The notes beneath the pieces were generated by a model. It saw only the letters and a list, made by a program, of their open reading frames with translations, did no database searches and was not told where the DNA came from. From sequence record SRR22947725_171: a stretch of DNA of 64,000 bases. One strand, given 5' to 3'. The translations under genes and the position numbers were made by a program. The number at the start of each line of letters is the position of its first letter. Within the stretch, counting starts at the first letter, position 1. Positions 31,817 to 42,220 of the stretch are shown one piece after another.

Positions 31817-33196
31817 ATGTTTATCAGTGTTTTAGACTTATTTAAAGTTGGTATTGGGCCGTCCAGTTCTCATACGATGGGACCTATGGTTGCGGCTAGC
31901 GCTTTTCTGCAAGATATACGTCATTATATTGATTCAAATTCAGATACAAAAAACTATCATGTCAGGTGCACTTTAAAAGACTCCCTGGCCTACACTGGAG
32001 TTGGTCATGCCACGGATAAAGCTGTAACTTTAGGTCTTCATGGGTATTTACCTAACACAATAATTAATGAAAATATGGATGAGGTTCATGATAGAACCTG
32101 GAACTCAAAAACTATCAATATAAGTGATGATATTTCAGCATCTTTCTTTTCGGAAGAAGATATTATTTTCGATACTCGAAACTCGCTCAAACAGCATCCA
32201 AATGGTCTTGTTTTTGAACTATTAGATGACTCTGGTGGATTATTATTATCTAGCACCTTCTTTTCGATTGGTGGTGGCTTTATATCTACCTTAGCAGAAA
32301 TCGATAGCGTTGAGGCCCCAATAGCTGCTGAACCAAGTTCAGCCTACCCATATCCATTTGATAACTCAGACCAAATGCTGGACATGTCAAAGAAGAATAA
32401 AAAGACGATCTGGGAGATGAAGCTAGCAAACGAATTAGAAAATCTTCCTGAGGAAATACTCAATTTAGAGCTAGACAAAATTTGGAATGCAATGAAAACT
32501 TGTGTTGAAAAAGGCCTATCTACTGAAGGTATTTTACCAGGTGGCTTGAACACTAAAAGACGAGCAAAACAATTGAACGAAAGTCTCGAAAATGATAAGG
32601 AAAATGCAGGCTCTAGTGATTGGCTATGCGCATACGCTATGGCTGTTAATGAAGAAAATGCTGCTGGACATATGGTCGTTACGGCGCCTACCAATGGTGC
32701 AGCAGGTGTTGTGCCAGCAACACTCTACTACTACTATAAACATAAGGATGCTTCACAAGAACAAATTCGACAATTTCTTTTGTCAGCTGCTGCAATTGGT
32801 GGCTTAATTAAACATAACAGCTCAATCTCTGGAGCGGAAGTTGGATGTCAAGGAGAGGTTGGTTCTGCATCGTCAATGGCAGCTGCAGGGCTTTGTGCAG
32901 CAAGGGGTGGAACAAGTGAACAAATCGAAAATGCAGCAGAGATGGCTCTTGAGCATCACATTGGAATGACTTGTGACCCGGTTAAAGGCCTAGTTCAAGT
33001 TCCATGTATTGAGAGAAACGGCTTCGGAGCCGTTAAAGCATATACTGCAAGTTCACTCTCACTTAGAGAGAGTGGAGAACACTTAATATCTCTAGATCAA
33101 TGCATTGCCGCTATGAAGAGAACTGGACTCGATATGTCGACTAAGTATAAAGAGACCTCACTTGGTGGCTTAGCGGTCAGTTTTATTGAGTGCTAA
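31817..33196 (+). CDS. sdaA: L-serine ammonia-lyase, Fe-S dependent
   Basis: FKVGIGPSSSHTMGPM, AVNEENAAG, SISGAEVGCQGEVG, MTCDP, VQVPCIERN, YKETS.GGLA. Confidence 0.96.
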   Translation: MFISVLDLFKVGIGPSSSHTMGPMVAASAFLQDIRHYIDSNSDTKNYHVRCTLKDSLAYTGVGHATDKAVTLGLHGYLPNTIINENMDEVHDRTWNSKTINISDDISASFFSEEDIIFDTRNSLKQHPNGLVFELLDDSGGLLLSSTFFSIGGGFISTLAEIDSVEAPIAAEPSSAYPYPFDNSDQMLDMSKKNKKTIWEMKLANELENLPEEILNLELDKIWNAMKTCVEKGLSTEGILPGGLNTKRRAKQLNESLENDKENAGSSDWLCAYAMAVNEENAAGHMVVTAPTNGAAGVVPATLYYYYKHKDASQEQIRQFLLSAAAIGGLIKHNSSISGAEVGCQGEVGSASSMAAAGLCAARGGTSEQIENAAEMALEHHIGMTCDPVKGLVQVPCIERNGFGAVKAYTASSLSLRESGEHLISLDQCIAAMKRTGLDMSTKYKETSLGGLAVSFIEC

Positions 33197-33197
33197 A

Positions 33198-33932
33198 TTA
33201 ATCTGTATCTACTAAACCAGCACCCGCACCTGAAGCTCTCGATTCTGCGCTAGATTTCACTAAGCAACGAGAGAAATATTCATAGATTTCAGGCCACTTA
33301 TCACCCACATTAACACCATTATTAAGAGTTTTCAGCCTTTCTTCAGCAATATTAAGTGTCTTTAGTTTGCCATTACTTATTGAAGTTTTATTATTAACAT
33401 CAAAAGCCGAAATGTGAATATCAGCAGAGTTGCTAAGCTCAATGGGAGCCTCTGATGAGCTAATAATTTCCCACTCAATATCATCTTTTAGATTAACCTC
33501 ATAATGATTATTGCTTTTGTCTGTCCATGACACTTGAATGCCAGTGCATTGGTTTGCACCAAGGGCAGAAACAACCAGTAATGGGGAGTCTACATTAGTT
33601 AATTTTAAGTCTCCATCAAGGCCATTAAACTCGAGCCAATCTACGCAGCTTACTGAAGCCTCAATTGCTGACAAAACTTTGTCTTCAGGGCAAAAAAGGT
33701 GGCTTCCATCACCGGTCTTTTCGAACTGAATAGAGAGGCTACTGGTTTGGCTATCTAAATTATCGAGAGCAAGAAGGCTGCACTCTGAGGGATCAAAACC
33801 ATTTTGTGCAATCCAGATATTGCTTCTGGCAAAGTCTTCTGAAACTCCGATGGATGCATTAACACCAAACCCAGCACGAGTAAAATAAAAAAGAACTTCG
33901 TTTAGGGAAATCGTTAAACCGTTTTTCGACAT
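33198..33932 (-). CDS. Hypothetical protein, DUF3726-like
   Basis: Likely start MSKNGLTISLNEV at 33932 (ORF track start 34055 overlaps the upstream gene). SLNEV...RAGFG N-terminus and SRASGAGAG..DTD C-terminus. Confidence 0.6.
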   Translation of the reverse strand: MSKNGLTISLNEVLFYFTRAGFGVNASIGVSEDFARSNIWIAQNGFDPSECSLLALDNLDSQTSSLSIQFEKTGDGSHLFCPEDKVLSAIEASVSCVDWLEFNGLDGDLKLTNVDSPLLVVSALGANQCTGIQVSWTDKSNNHYEVNLKDDIEWEIISSSEAPIELSNSADIHISAFDVNNKTSISNGKLKTLNIAEERLKTLNNGVNVGDKWPEIYEYFSRCLVKSSAESRASGAGAGLVDTD

Positions 33933-35656
33933 GTGCAATTTATACACGGATAAGACTGTGGTTTTCCAGCTATAGGAAATGACCAACAATCGTGGTTTGG
34001 CTTCGACAACTGGTCGGGCATTGGTGCTCCTTGATACATTGAAATTCGAGTCCATAAATCTGACTTTGGATCAAACTTTGACGCTCCAAAGAATGCTAAT
34101 TTGAATCGTAATAAATCGAGAGGCCTCATAGATTCACTTAGTAAATTATCTTGAACTTCTGAGTAAGGCCTTTCAAAAGTATTTTGAACCCTTCGAATAA
34201 TATGCCTAAACTGAGGGTGCATCATTGCGAATTCTCCAATAGACATATCATCATCAATGCCTTGCAATACCTCATTCAAATCATGAACATCGCGCCCAAT
34301 GGCTAGTGGCATTTCTTGATCAACCCCATCATCGACTCCTTTAGAACCGAATCTGGGCTCTAATTTATCTTCAGAATAGTACCAAAAATGGTGTTGGGAC
34401 TCTTCTAATGAGAAGTCAATAGTTGTCGCCCAATTATATGCATCAGCAACAACTTGTTTCAATTGAGATAAAGTCATATCAGCCTGAAATTTAGGAATCA
34501 CAGTTGAAGACATTGTATCTGCAAGGTCATCAACAAGTGTGCCATGTGGCTCAATTATTAAGGAGACAATCATTTCTTGGCATTCCAAAGAAAAGTTATC
34601 CTCAACATACTGATAGATTCCATTCCATGGATATGGTCTATATATATTTGATTCTTTTTCACACCACATTCTCAGAGCTTGAATTTCATCTGTTAAACGA
34701 GAAATTCTTGCAGACTGAACTTCATCTGCAACATTCCATTCATCGACATGCTGGCTAACCTGAAGAAGTGACTTTAAGAAAACCTCAAGAGTTCCAACAA
34801 TTGGAGTTTCAATAGACCTGACTCTTGCCAATGCTGTTTCTTTTGCGACAACCCAGTTATGGATTAATGCTGGGTGCTTAAGTAAAAATGGAGCCATACC
34901 CAAACCCGTTGCATTTCCAACTCCAATGAATTGACGAGTAGTCTGATCAAATTTAACAGCTTTTTTTCCACCTTTTTCTTTTGCAAGCTCTTCAACTGAG
35001 TCAATCGTAAACCAACGTATTAAGTAAACAGTGAGTAACTCTATTTGAAATGGTGCTTTGCATTCTTCTCGATCAGCAATTTTAGCTCTATCTGCACACC
35101 CAAACTTACCGCTTCCATAAACTGCTGAAGTTCTCATTAAATAACCTACAGAAGTTAATAAATCTAGATCTGGTTGTTGACCTTTTGATAATGAATCAAC
35201 AGCATTTTTAAATACTCTTAAGCTTTTATTGGCCCTTGCCAAAGCAAGTTCGCTTGGTCTGTAACGACCGCCTTCTTGCTTAGGTGTATTTTGTGCCAAA
35301 TAATCTATATCCTCTTGTGTTGGCACACCATCAAAAAGGTTAAAGGTTGCATCCCAAACTTCTGCGATAACTCTATCCGTTCTCATGTCAGCTGGTATTT
35401 CTTGTGTAAAACCAACCAATGAGTAGGTTCTATTTGGAGTAGTAACCGAATAAACGCTTAAGCCATATCCATCCTTATCAACTTCACGGCGCGTTCTCTC
35501 AAATTTCCAATTCTCCCGTGACATTCGCCTAATCAAAGTTCGCATAAAGCTCAACCGGGTAGGAAAAGATGAGCCCATTCTATCGAGACGCATAACCGTT
35601 TCAGGTGATCTCATAAAATCAGATTCATTCTCTATTAATACAGTTTCGCTAGACAT
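33914..35656 (-). CDS. Conserved-looking hypothetical protein (580 aa), function unknown
   Basis: Long ORF inside an operon with normal composition and enzyme-like motifs (RTDRVIAEVWD, GYLMRTSAVYGSGKFG, GVGNATGLGMAPF). No family recognised. Confidence 0.8.
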   Translation of the reverse strand: MSSETVLIENESDFMRSPETVMRLDRMGSSFPTRLSFMRTLIRRMSRENWKFERTRREVDKDGYGLSVYSVTTPNRTYSLVGFTQEIPADMRTDRVIAEVWDATFNLFDGVPTQEDIDYLAQNTPKQEGGRYRPSELALARANKSLRVFKNAVDSLSKGQQPDLDLLTSVGYLMRTSAVYGSGKFGCADRAKIADREECKAPFQIELLTVYLIRWFTIDSVEELAKEKGGKKAVKFDQTTRQFIGVGNATGLGMAPFLLKHPALIHNWVVAKETALARVRSIETPIVGTLEVFLKSLLQVSQHVDEWNVADEVQSARISRLTDEIQALRMWCEKESNIYRPYPWNGIYQYVEDNFSLECQEMIVSLIIEPHGTLVDDLADTMSSTVIPKFQADMTLSQLKQVVADAYNWATTIDFSLEESQHHFWYYSEDKLEPRFGSKGVDDGVDQEMPLAIGRDVHDLNEVLQGIDDDMSIGEFAMMHPQFRHIIRRVQNTFERPYSEVQDNLLSESMRPLDLLRFKLAFFGASKFDPKSDLWTRISMYQGAPMPDQLSKPNHDCWSFPIAGKPQSYPCINCTCRKTV

Positions 35657-35664
35657 AATAAATA

Positions 35665-36651
35665 TTATAAAGATTCAAAAGATGCGTCGAAAAAATTTAA
35701 CCAGTTTTTACCCATGACCAATTCAACGTCATTTTCAGAAAAACCTATGGACTTTAAACCATTTGAAATGTTAACAAAATCACGATTATCTCGAAACCAC
35801 TCGGGCTGATCTGGAAATCCTGCAAAACTGGCCGAACCTTCACCGAAGTCACGATCATTAGTCCATGTGCCATTTCGCATCCACTCTACAACGCTATCAG
35901 GTTGATTTTGACATAGGTCAGTTCCAATACCGATATTACTCATCCCCATAATTTCTGCAGTATCGGCAATCATATTACAAAAACTTTCTAATGTGCAGTC
36001 TGAACCATCCTTAAGGTGGTGTGGGTAGACAGAAAAACCAAGCATACTATTACTTTCTCCAAGCGCCTTTAGAACTTCGTTTGACTTATTTCTCAGCGCA
36101 GGATGCCAGAACGTTGGATTTGCATGCGTGATTGCAATAGGACGCTCTGATATTTCTATAGCTTCTAGGGTAGACCTCTCTGAGGAGTGACTCATATCGA
36201 CCACTAGTCCAACCCTATTCATTTCTTTAATAACCTGTTTACCCATTCTCGTAATTCCTGGGTCATTTTCTTCATAACAGCCAGTTCCTAAAAGACTTTG
36301 ATTGTTATAGGTTAACTGCATAAACCTCGCACCTAGTTGATGACATACTTCAACGAGGCCAATATTATCTTCGATAGGGGAGCAGTTTTGATAGCCAAAA
36401 AAGATTGCTGTTCTTCCTTCTTTTTGAGCCTTTCTGACATCAGCTGCAGTTCGGCCAAGAAAAATTAAATTTGAGTAGTCCTCAAAACGACGGTTCCAGT
36501 CAATAACATTTTGGACCATCTCCTGAAAGTCTTCGTGATAACAAATTGTAACGTGAACAGCACTCAGACCGCCTTGGTTAATTTGCTTAAATATCTCCTC
36601 ACTCCAATTATTGTATTGAAGTGCATCAATAAATAGTGAAGGGTGCGCCAT
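35665..36651 (-). CDS. Membrane dipeptidase (M19)-family amidohydrolase
   Basis: MQLTYNNQS, EMNRVGLVVDMSH, ITHAN, RNKS, GIGTD. Confidence 0.85.
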   Translation of the reverse strand: MAHPSLFIDALQYNNWSEEIFKQINQGGLSAVHVTICYHEDFQEMVQNVIDWNRRFEDYSNLIFLGRTAADVRKAQKEGRTAIFFGYQNCSPIEDNIGLVEVCHQLGARFMQLTYNNQSLLGTGCYEENDPGITRMGKQVIKEMNRVGLVVDMSHSSERSTLEAIEISERPIAITHANPTFWHPALRNKSNEVLKALGESNSMLGFSVYPHHLKDGSDCTLESFCNMIADTAEIMGMSNIGIGTDLCQNQPDSVVEWMRNGTWTNDRDFGEGSASFAGFPDQPEWFRDNRDFVNISNGLKSIGFSENDVELVMGKNWLNFFDASFESL

Positions 36652-38099
36652 TATGGATTTCCGCTAGAAATATAAGAAGTCTTAACTTGAGTATAAAGCT
36701 CTTTAGCATAAGTTCCTTGCTCTCTAGGACCAAAGCTTGAATTTTTTCTACCTCCAAATGGGACATGATAGTCCGTACCTGCTGTCGGTAAGTTCACCAT
36801 AACGCAGCCACTTTCTGCATTCCTTCTAAAGTGACTTGCTCTTGAGAGAGACCGAGTAATAATTCCTGAAACAAGTCCAAATTCTGTGTCATTTGCAACC
36901 GATAATGCCTCTTCATAATCTGCAACTTTGATAACACAAGCCATAGGTGCAAAAAGCTCCTCACGATTAACTCTCATAGAGTTGTTTCCCCCGATTAATA
37001 ATGCTGGTTGCATATAAAAACCAGGATTATCAAACTCAAGCTTGTCACCTCCGCAGACCACTTCACAGCCTTCTTCTTTTGCTAAAGCCATATATTTGAG
37101 GTTGGAATCAAGTTGCTGTTGACTTGCGGCTGGACCAATTTGAGTGCCTTCTTGAAGCGCGTCACCAACCTTAAGAGCTGAAGTGGATTGGCTCATGCGT
37201 TCTACAAACTCATCATGAATGGAGGCATGAACAACTAGTCTAGAAGACGCGGTACATTTTTGACCAGTACTACCAAAAGCACCTCCAGTAGCAGCCGCAA
37301 CAGCGACATCCATATCAGCATCATCCATTACCACAAGTGGGTTTTTAGAGCCTAACTCTAACTGAAACTTTGTTAAATTTTTAGCGGCTGCGCCTGCAAT
37401 CTGACAACCCACATCATAAGATCCAGTAAAACTGATTGCATGTACTTTTGGACTTTCAGCCAACGACTGTCCAATTGATGAACCTGAGCCCATTACTAAA
37501 TTAAACAAACCCTTTGGAATATCTTGCTTAGAAATGATTTCAGTTAATGCTACTGCACTTGCTGGTGTTAAGTTCGCAGGCTTCCAAATAACAGCATTAC
37601 CAAATGCTAGTGCTGGAGCAATTTTCCAGCTCGCCGTTGCTGTTGGAAAGTTCCATGGCGAGATGATTGCGACTGTTCCCATTGGCTCTCTGCGAACATC
37701 AATTTCAATATTAGGTCTGACTGAATCCGCAGTATCACCACCCTGCCTTAGGACCTCTGCTGCATAGTAAGTAAAAAATTGACCTGCCCTATATACTTCT
37801 CCTTTGCCTTCAGCAACTGGCTTACCTTCCTCTCTGGATAGCAGCTCCCCAAGTTCAGCGCTTCGCGCCATCATCTCTTCACCAATCTTCATCAATACAG
37901 CTTGACGCTGCTCAAGGCCTGTTGCAGCCCATTGTCTTTGGGCAACCTGAGCCGAATTGAGAGCATCCTCTAATTGTGAGTTACTGGCTTGAGCAAATTC
38001 ACCAATAACATCGTTTGTATTCGATGGATTGATATTAGAAATTGAACTTGCGCCTTTTACCCAGTCGCCCGCAATGTAGTTGTTAGAAAGATTAGACAT
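36651..38099 (-). CDS. Aldehyde dehydrogenase (2-oxoglutarate semialdehyde dehydrogenase-like)
   Basis: SPWNFP, FTGS, LELGSKNP, GQKCTAS, EELFAP, YHVPFGGRK.SS. Confidence 0.88.
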   Translation of the reverse strand: MSNLSNNYIAGDWVKGASSISNINPSNTNDVIGEFAQASNSQLEDALNSAQVAQRQWAATGLEQRQAVLMKIGEEMMARSAELGELLSREEGKPVAEGKGEVYRAGQFFTYYAAEVLRQGGDTADSVRPNIEIDVRREPMGTVAIISPWNFPTATASWKIAPALAFGNAVIWKPANLTPASAVALTEIISKQDIPKGLFNLVMGSGSSIGQSLAESPKVHAISFTGSYDVGCQIAGAAAKNLTKFQLELGSKNPLVVMDDADMDVAVAAATGGAFGSTGQKCTASSRLVVHASIHDEFVERMSQSTSALKVGDALQEGTQIGPAASQQQLDSNLKYMALAKEEGCEVVCGGDKLEFDNPGFYMQPALLIGGNNSMRVNREELFAPMACVIKVADYEEALSVANDTEFGLVSGIITRSLSRASHFRRNAESGCVMVNLPTAGTDYHVPFGGRKNSSFGPREQGTYAKELYTQVKTSYISSGNP

Positions 38100-38210
38100 G
38101 ATTTTATTTGATTTTTCAAAAATTTAAATTTTACTCTTTATTATTGATTTATCAAGAATATAAGCACATATCTAAATATAGTATTTTTCAAGTTTCCATG
38201 AAAAAAAATG

Positions 38211-38239
38211 TTGCATTAAGTAATTAATTAATCTAGGAT
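38211..38239 (+). promoter_or_regulatory. Putative sigma70 promoter of the MttB-SDR operon
   Basis: TTGCAT-N17-TAGGAT, 27 bp before ATG 38267. Confidence 0.45.
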
Positions 38240-38266
38240 ACTTTCATTAAATAGAAAGAAGTTAAT

Positions 38267-39808
38267 ATGCCCAATTCTGCTGAAAGACTTGGAAGAGCGG
38301 CTCGAAGAAGTGACCGCCTAAAAGTCAAAATTGAAATGCTGCCGACTTTACGTCGAAATATCCCTCTTACAGAGCCAATGAATGAAGAGCAGATTGAGAA
38401 AATGGATGACGCTTCGCTGTCTATTCTGGAGGAAGTTGGCGTAGAATTTCATGATCCTATTGCACTAGAACACTGGAAGGAAGCTGGAGCCAGTGTAGAG
38501 GGGGAGAGGGTGCGCTTTGATAGAGGTCTAATTCGAGAACTCATCAAATCAATTCCAGAGAGCATCACAATGCATGCCCGAGATCCAGAGAAGTCACTTG
38601 AAATTGGTGGAAATAACTCTATTTTTGTTCCAATGACAGGTGCTCCGTTTCTGACTGATCTTGAAAATAAAAGGCGCATGCCTACCCTGGATGATCTTGC
38701 TAACTTTCATAAGCTCTCTCATATGCTCCCTGCCATTCATTCGAGTGCCCATCACATCGTAGAACCCATGGATCATGCAATTTCTCATAGACATTTGAGG
38801 ATAACTTATTCATCAATGAAGCACTCCGATAAGACCTTTATGGGTATGACCAGTAGTGGTAAGAATGCTGAGGATGTAATTGAGATGTGTAAGATTCTCT
38901 TTGGTGAAAAATTCATTGATACGCACCCAGTAGTCACCGGCAACATTAATGGAAACTCCCCACTAGTTTGGGATCAAACCATGCTCTCAGCTTTAAGGGT
39001 TTTTTCAGCACACAATCAACCTGTTCTCTGCTCTCCTTTCGTTCTCGGTGGCGCCAACACTCCCGCAAGTGTTGCACCAACAGTAGCTCAGGTCAATGCA
39101 GAAGCGCTATCTGCTCTCGCCTATACTCAAGTCATACGCAAAGGAGCTCCAGCAATTTATGGCCATTACTTAGCTACGGTATCAATGCAATCTGGGGCGC
39201 CTATGGCTGGAACGCCTGAAATCTCTCTCATGAATTTTATGATTGGACAAATGGCAAGACACTATAAAGTCCCTTGGAGAAGCTCTAATACGCTTGGTGG
39301 CTCAAAAGTTTTTGATGCCCAATCAGGCTATGAAAGTGCATCAACAATGATGGCTGTCCTATTATCTGGCGCAAACTATATTTGGCATTCTGCGGGATGG
39401 AATGAGGCTGGAATGCATTGCTCAATGGCAAAATTTGTGGTTGATGCTGAGCAATGCGAAATGGGCTATAGAATGGCTGAAGGAGTGAGATGGGATGATT
39501 TTGAAGAGGGGCTGGCTGCCATTAGAGATGTGGGTCCTGGTGGTCATTACCTTGGCCATCAACACACCATGGAAAATTTTCAGAGGGCCTTTTTTATGCC
39601 TAAACTATTTGATAATAATTCTGTTGAGCAATGGCAGGCTGATGGAAGTAAAGATACAATTCAAAGAGGACTTGAAGGGGCAAAAAAACTACTTGAAGAT
39701 TATCAAGAGCCTAAGCTGGATCAAGCTAAAGATGAAGAGCTCTTGGATTACATCGCTAAAAGGGAAACTACAATTCCCAAAATGGAAGCACTTAATCAGG
39801 AGCATTAA
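38267..39808 (+). CDS. Trimethylamine methyltransferase (MttB) superfamily protein, non-pyrrolysine
   Basis: ILEEVGVEF, NGNSPLVWD, SPF.LGGA.TP, SGAP..GTPE, DAQSGYE, HSAGW, VGPGGHYLG. No in-frame amber codon. Confidence 0.9.
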   Translation: MPNSAERLGRAARRSDRLKVKIEMLPTLRRNIPLTEPMNEEQIEKMDDASLSILEEVGVEFHDPIALEHWKEAGASVEGERVRFDRGLIRELIKSIPESITMHARDPEKSLEIGGNNSIFVPMTGAPFLTDLENKRRMPTLDDLANFHKLSHMLPAIHSSAHHIVEPMDHAISHRHLRITYSSMKHSDKTFMGMTSSGKNAEDVIEMCKILFGEKFIDTHPVVTGNINGNSPLVWDQTMLSALRVFSAHNQPVLCSPFVLGGANTPASVAPTVAQVNAEALSALAYTQVIRKGAPAIYGHYLATVSMQSGAPMAGTPEISLMNFMIGQMARHYKVPWRSSNTLGGSKVFDAQSGYESASTMMAVLLSGANYIWHSAGWNEAGMHCSMAKFVVDAEQCEMGYRMAEGVRWDDFEEGLAAIRDVGPGGHYLGHQHTMENFQRAFFMPKLFDNNSVEQWQADGSKDTIQRGLEGAKKLLEDYQEPKLDQAKDEELLDYIAKRETTIPKMEALNQEH

Positions 39809-39811
39809 ACT

Positions 39812-40579
39812 ATGGTCAAAGATAAATCAAATGTTGTTCTTGTGACTGGTGCCACTGGTGGTATTGGAAAGTCCATAGTAAATAAATATTCACAGCAAGG
39901 TTTAACTCTAGCAATTGCTGATAAGGACGAAGAACAGGCTAACAAACTTGTTCATGAAATCAATCACGGCAATGGAAAGGCAATGGCATTTCCTGGAGAC
40001 CTGTTGGATCAAAATTATTGTGATAGTCTTGCAAATGAGGTTCAAAAAAAACTTGGAAGCATTGATATTCTCATCAACAATGCGGGTCTTATGCGTCGTG
40101 GTGACATCACACAGACCTCTGATGAGGATTATGATCTATCAATGAAGATAAATGTTGAAGCGCCGTTTAGACTCATTAGAGCTGCGATCCCCTTGATGGC
40201 AGAAGCTGGAGGTGGATCCATTGTCAACGTGTCATCTTGTTGGGGCATTAATCCAGGACCAAATCATCTGATCTACTGCACTACCAAGGCAGCATTAGCA
40301 GCAATGACGAAGTGCCTAGGCAGAGATCATGCTCATCAAAATATTCGAATCAATGCAGTATGTCCTAACGAAGTTAATACACCAATGCTCAGAACAGGGT
40401 TTGAAATAAGAGGTTTAAATCCAGATGATGCTATTGAAGAATTGAATCAATCGGTTCCGATAGGTCATATAGCTGAGCCAGAGGAGATTGCAAATGTGGT
40501 GTCTTTTTTAAGTTCAGATGAGGCGCGTTATATTTGTGGTTCACTAGTGGAGATTAATGGTGGAAAAGCGGTTTACTAA
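39812..40579 (+). CDS. SDR family oxidoreductase
   Basis: TGATGGIG, INNAG, YCTTK, NAVCP. Confidence 0.92.
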   Translation: MVKDKSNVVLVTGATGGIGKSIVNKYSQQGLTLAIADKDEEQANKLVHEINHGNGKAMAFPGDLLDQNYCDSLANEVQKKLGSIDILINNAGLMRRGDITQTSDEDYDLSMKINVEAPFRLIRAAIPLMAEAGGGSIVNVSSCWGINPGPNHLIYCTTKAALAAMTKCLGRDHAHQNIRINAVCPNEVNTPMLRTGFEIRGLNPDDAIEELNQSVPIGHIAEPEEIANVVSFLSSDEARYICGSLVEINGGKAVY

Positions 40580-41303
40580 TAAAATTGTTGTTGTTACTGG
40601 AGCCACTCAAGGCATTGGACTTGCTTGCGCTGAGCGTCTTCATGAAGAGGGAGCAACCATTTGCGCCATTCAAAGAGGACAATCAAAGTTATTTGACTCT
40701 TTTAAGTTTGATCTAAGTAAAGAACAAGACTGCTCTAAAAGTATTGATGTCATTGTCAAAAAGTATGGTCGCATTGACGTATTAGTTAATAATGCTGGCA
40801 TCATGAAAGAATCTTCGTTGATGGACACTTCACTTGAGGATTGGAATCAAACAATATCGGTTAATCTCACAGCCCCCTTCTTATTGAGTAAATTTGCTAT
40901 GCCTTCTTTGATTGAATCTGAAGGCTGTATTGTTAATATCGGCTCAATTGAGGGGATAGGAGCTAATCCAAATCATGCGGCATATTGTTCTAGCAAGGCT
41001 GGGCTTAATGGGCTAACGCGAGCCATCGCAGTCGATTATGGAAAGGATGGGGTAAGGTGTAATGCTGTCGCTCCAGGATGGATAGATACAGAGCTAAATG
41101 AGGACTTTATAAACTCAATGCCTGATTCAGACCATTTTAGAAAAAATATTGGTAGTATCCACCCACTTAATAGAACAGGTAAAACAGAAGAAGTTGCCTC
41201 ATTAGTTTCGTGGCTTGCATCATCAGAATCAATTTTTGTAACTGGACAGGTATATACTATTGATGGGGGAAGGATGGCAAAAATTAGCTTGCCAAACCCC
41301 TAG
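40557..41303 (+). CDS. SDR family oxidoreductase
   Basis: TGATQGIG, VNNAG, YCSSK, NAVAPGWIDT. Confidence 0.92.
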   Translation: MVEKRFTNKIVVVTGATQGIGLACAERLHEEGATICAIQRGQSKLFDSFKFDLSKEQDCSKSIDVIVKKYGRIDVLVNNAGIMKESSLMDTSLEDWNQTISVNLTAPFLLSKFAMPSLIESEGCIVNIGSIEGIGANPNHAAYCSSKAGLNGLTRAIAVDYGKDGVRCNAVAPGWIDTELNEDFINSMPDSDHFRKNIGSIHPLNRTGKTEEVASLVSWLASSESIFVTGQVYTIDGGRMAKISLPNP

Positions 41304-41311
41304 GAGAACAT

Positions 41312-42220
41312 ATGAAGTTTGAAGGAATTTATACGCCAGTACTTACACCGTATGATGACAATCATGCAATAAACTTTGACGCCATCGAGCCTATGATTGA
41401 GGATCTGATTAACAGTGGTGTTCATGGAATTGTCGTTGCCGGAACAACTGGCGAGTACTATGCTCAGGACACTAAAGAGCGCCTTCAGGTAATGAAGATA
41501 AGTAAGGATATCATTAATAATAGAGTTCCCTGTATTGTTGGTACTGGTGCCATTCGAACTGAAGAGTCAGTTTTCTTTGCAGAGGAGGCAGCCAAAATTG
41601 GAGCGGACGGAATATTAATAGCAACACCTCCCTATGCGCTCCCTACAGAGAGAGAAAATGCGCTTCATGCACTAGCAATTGACCGAGCAGCTGATCTTCC
41701 AATAATGCTCTACAACTATCCTGGAAGGATGGGCTCTATGATGGGTGAGGAATATCTTGACAGGGTGGGTAGGTCATCAAACTTTTGCGCCATCAAAGAA
41801 AGCAGTGGAGATATAAATAGACTTCACCTATTAGCAAGAGATTATTCTCATATCCAGCTTTGCTGCGGAATGGATGATCAAGCCTTAGAGTTCTTTGCTT
41901 GGGGAGCCAGTGGTTGGGTCTGTGCTGGATCTAATTTCGCTCCTGAAGCTCATGTTGCTCTATACGAGGCTTGTAGAGTTGAGGGAGACTTCGATAAAGG
42001 GAGGCGAATCATGTCAGCAATGATGCCGTTGATGAGAGTTCTTGAACAAGGTGGAAAATTTATCCAATGTATCAAGCACGGATCAATTATGAGAGGACTT
42101 CCAGTAGGGCCTCCAAGAAAACCACTTCAAAAATTGAATAAAGACGATAAGCGCCAATTAGAGCAAGTCATACGAGTCATGAATCAAACTGTCAATCAAA
42201 TCAAACAGGAGGGGAGTTAA
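41312..42220 (+). CDS. Dihydrodipicolinate synthase/N-acetylneuraminate lyase family protein
   Basis: GTTGE, LYNYP, AIKESSG (Schiff-base Lys). Confidence 0.88.
   Translation: MKFEGIYTPVLTPYDDNHAINFDAIEPMIEDLINSGVHGIVVAGTTGEYYAQDTKERLQVMKISKDIINNRVPCIVGTGAIRTEESVFFAEEAAKIGADGILIATPPYALPTERENALHALAIDRAADLPIMLYNYPGRMGSMMGEEYLDRVGRSSNFCAIKESSGDINRLHLLARDYSHIQLCCGMDDQALEFFAWGASGWVCAGSNFAPEAHVALYEACRVEGDFDKGRRIMSAMMPLMRVLEQGGKFIQCIKHGSIMRGLPVGPPRKPLQKLNKDDKRQLEQVIRVMNQTVNQIKQEGS

Noticed and set aside
33933-34055. N-terminal extension of the 285-aa ORF in the track
   Set aside because: Overlaps the 580-aa gene by more than 120 bp; the ATG at 33932 gives a more plausible start
38267-39808. Pyrrolysine recoding in the MttB genes
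   Set aside because: Both MttB ORFs are uninterrupted, with no in-frame TAG and no pyl genes
41312-42220. dapA for lysine biosynthesis
   Set aside because: Catabolic context with ALDH and FAD oxidase; only family-level motifs support it, so no gene symbol was given
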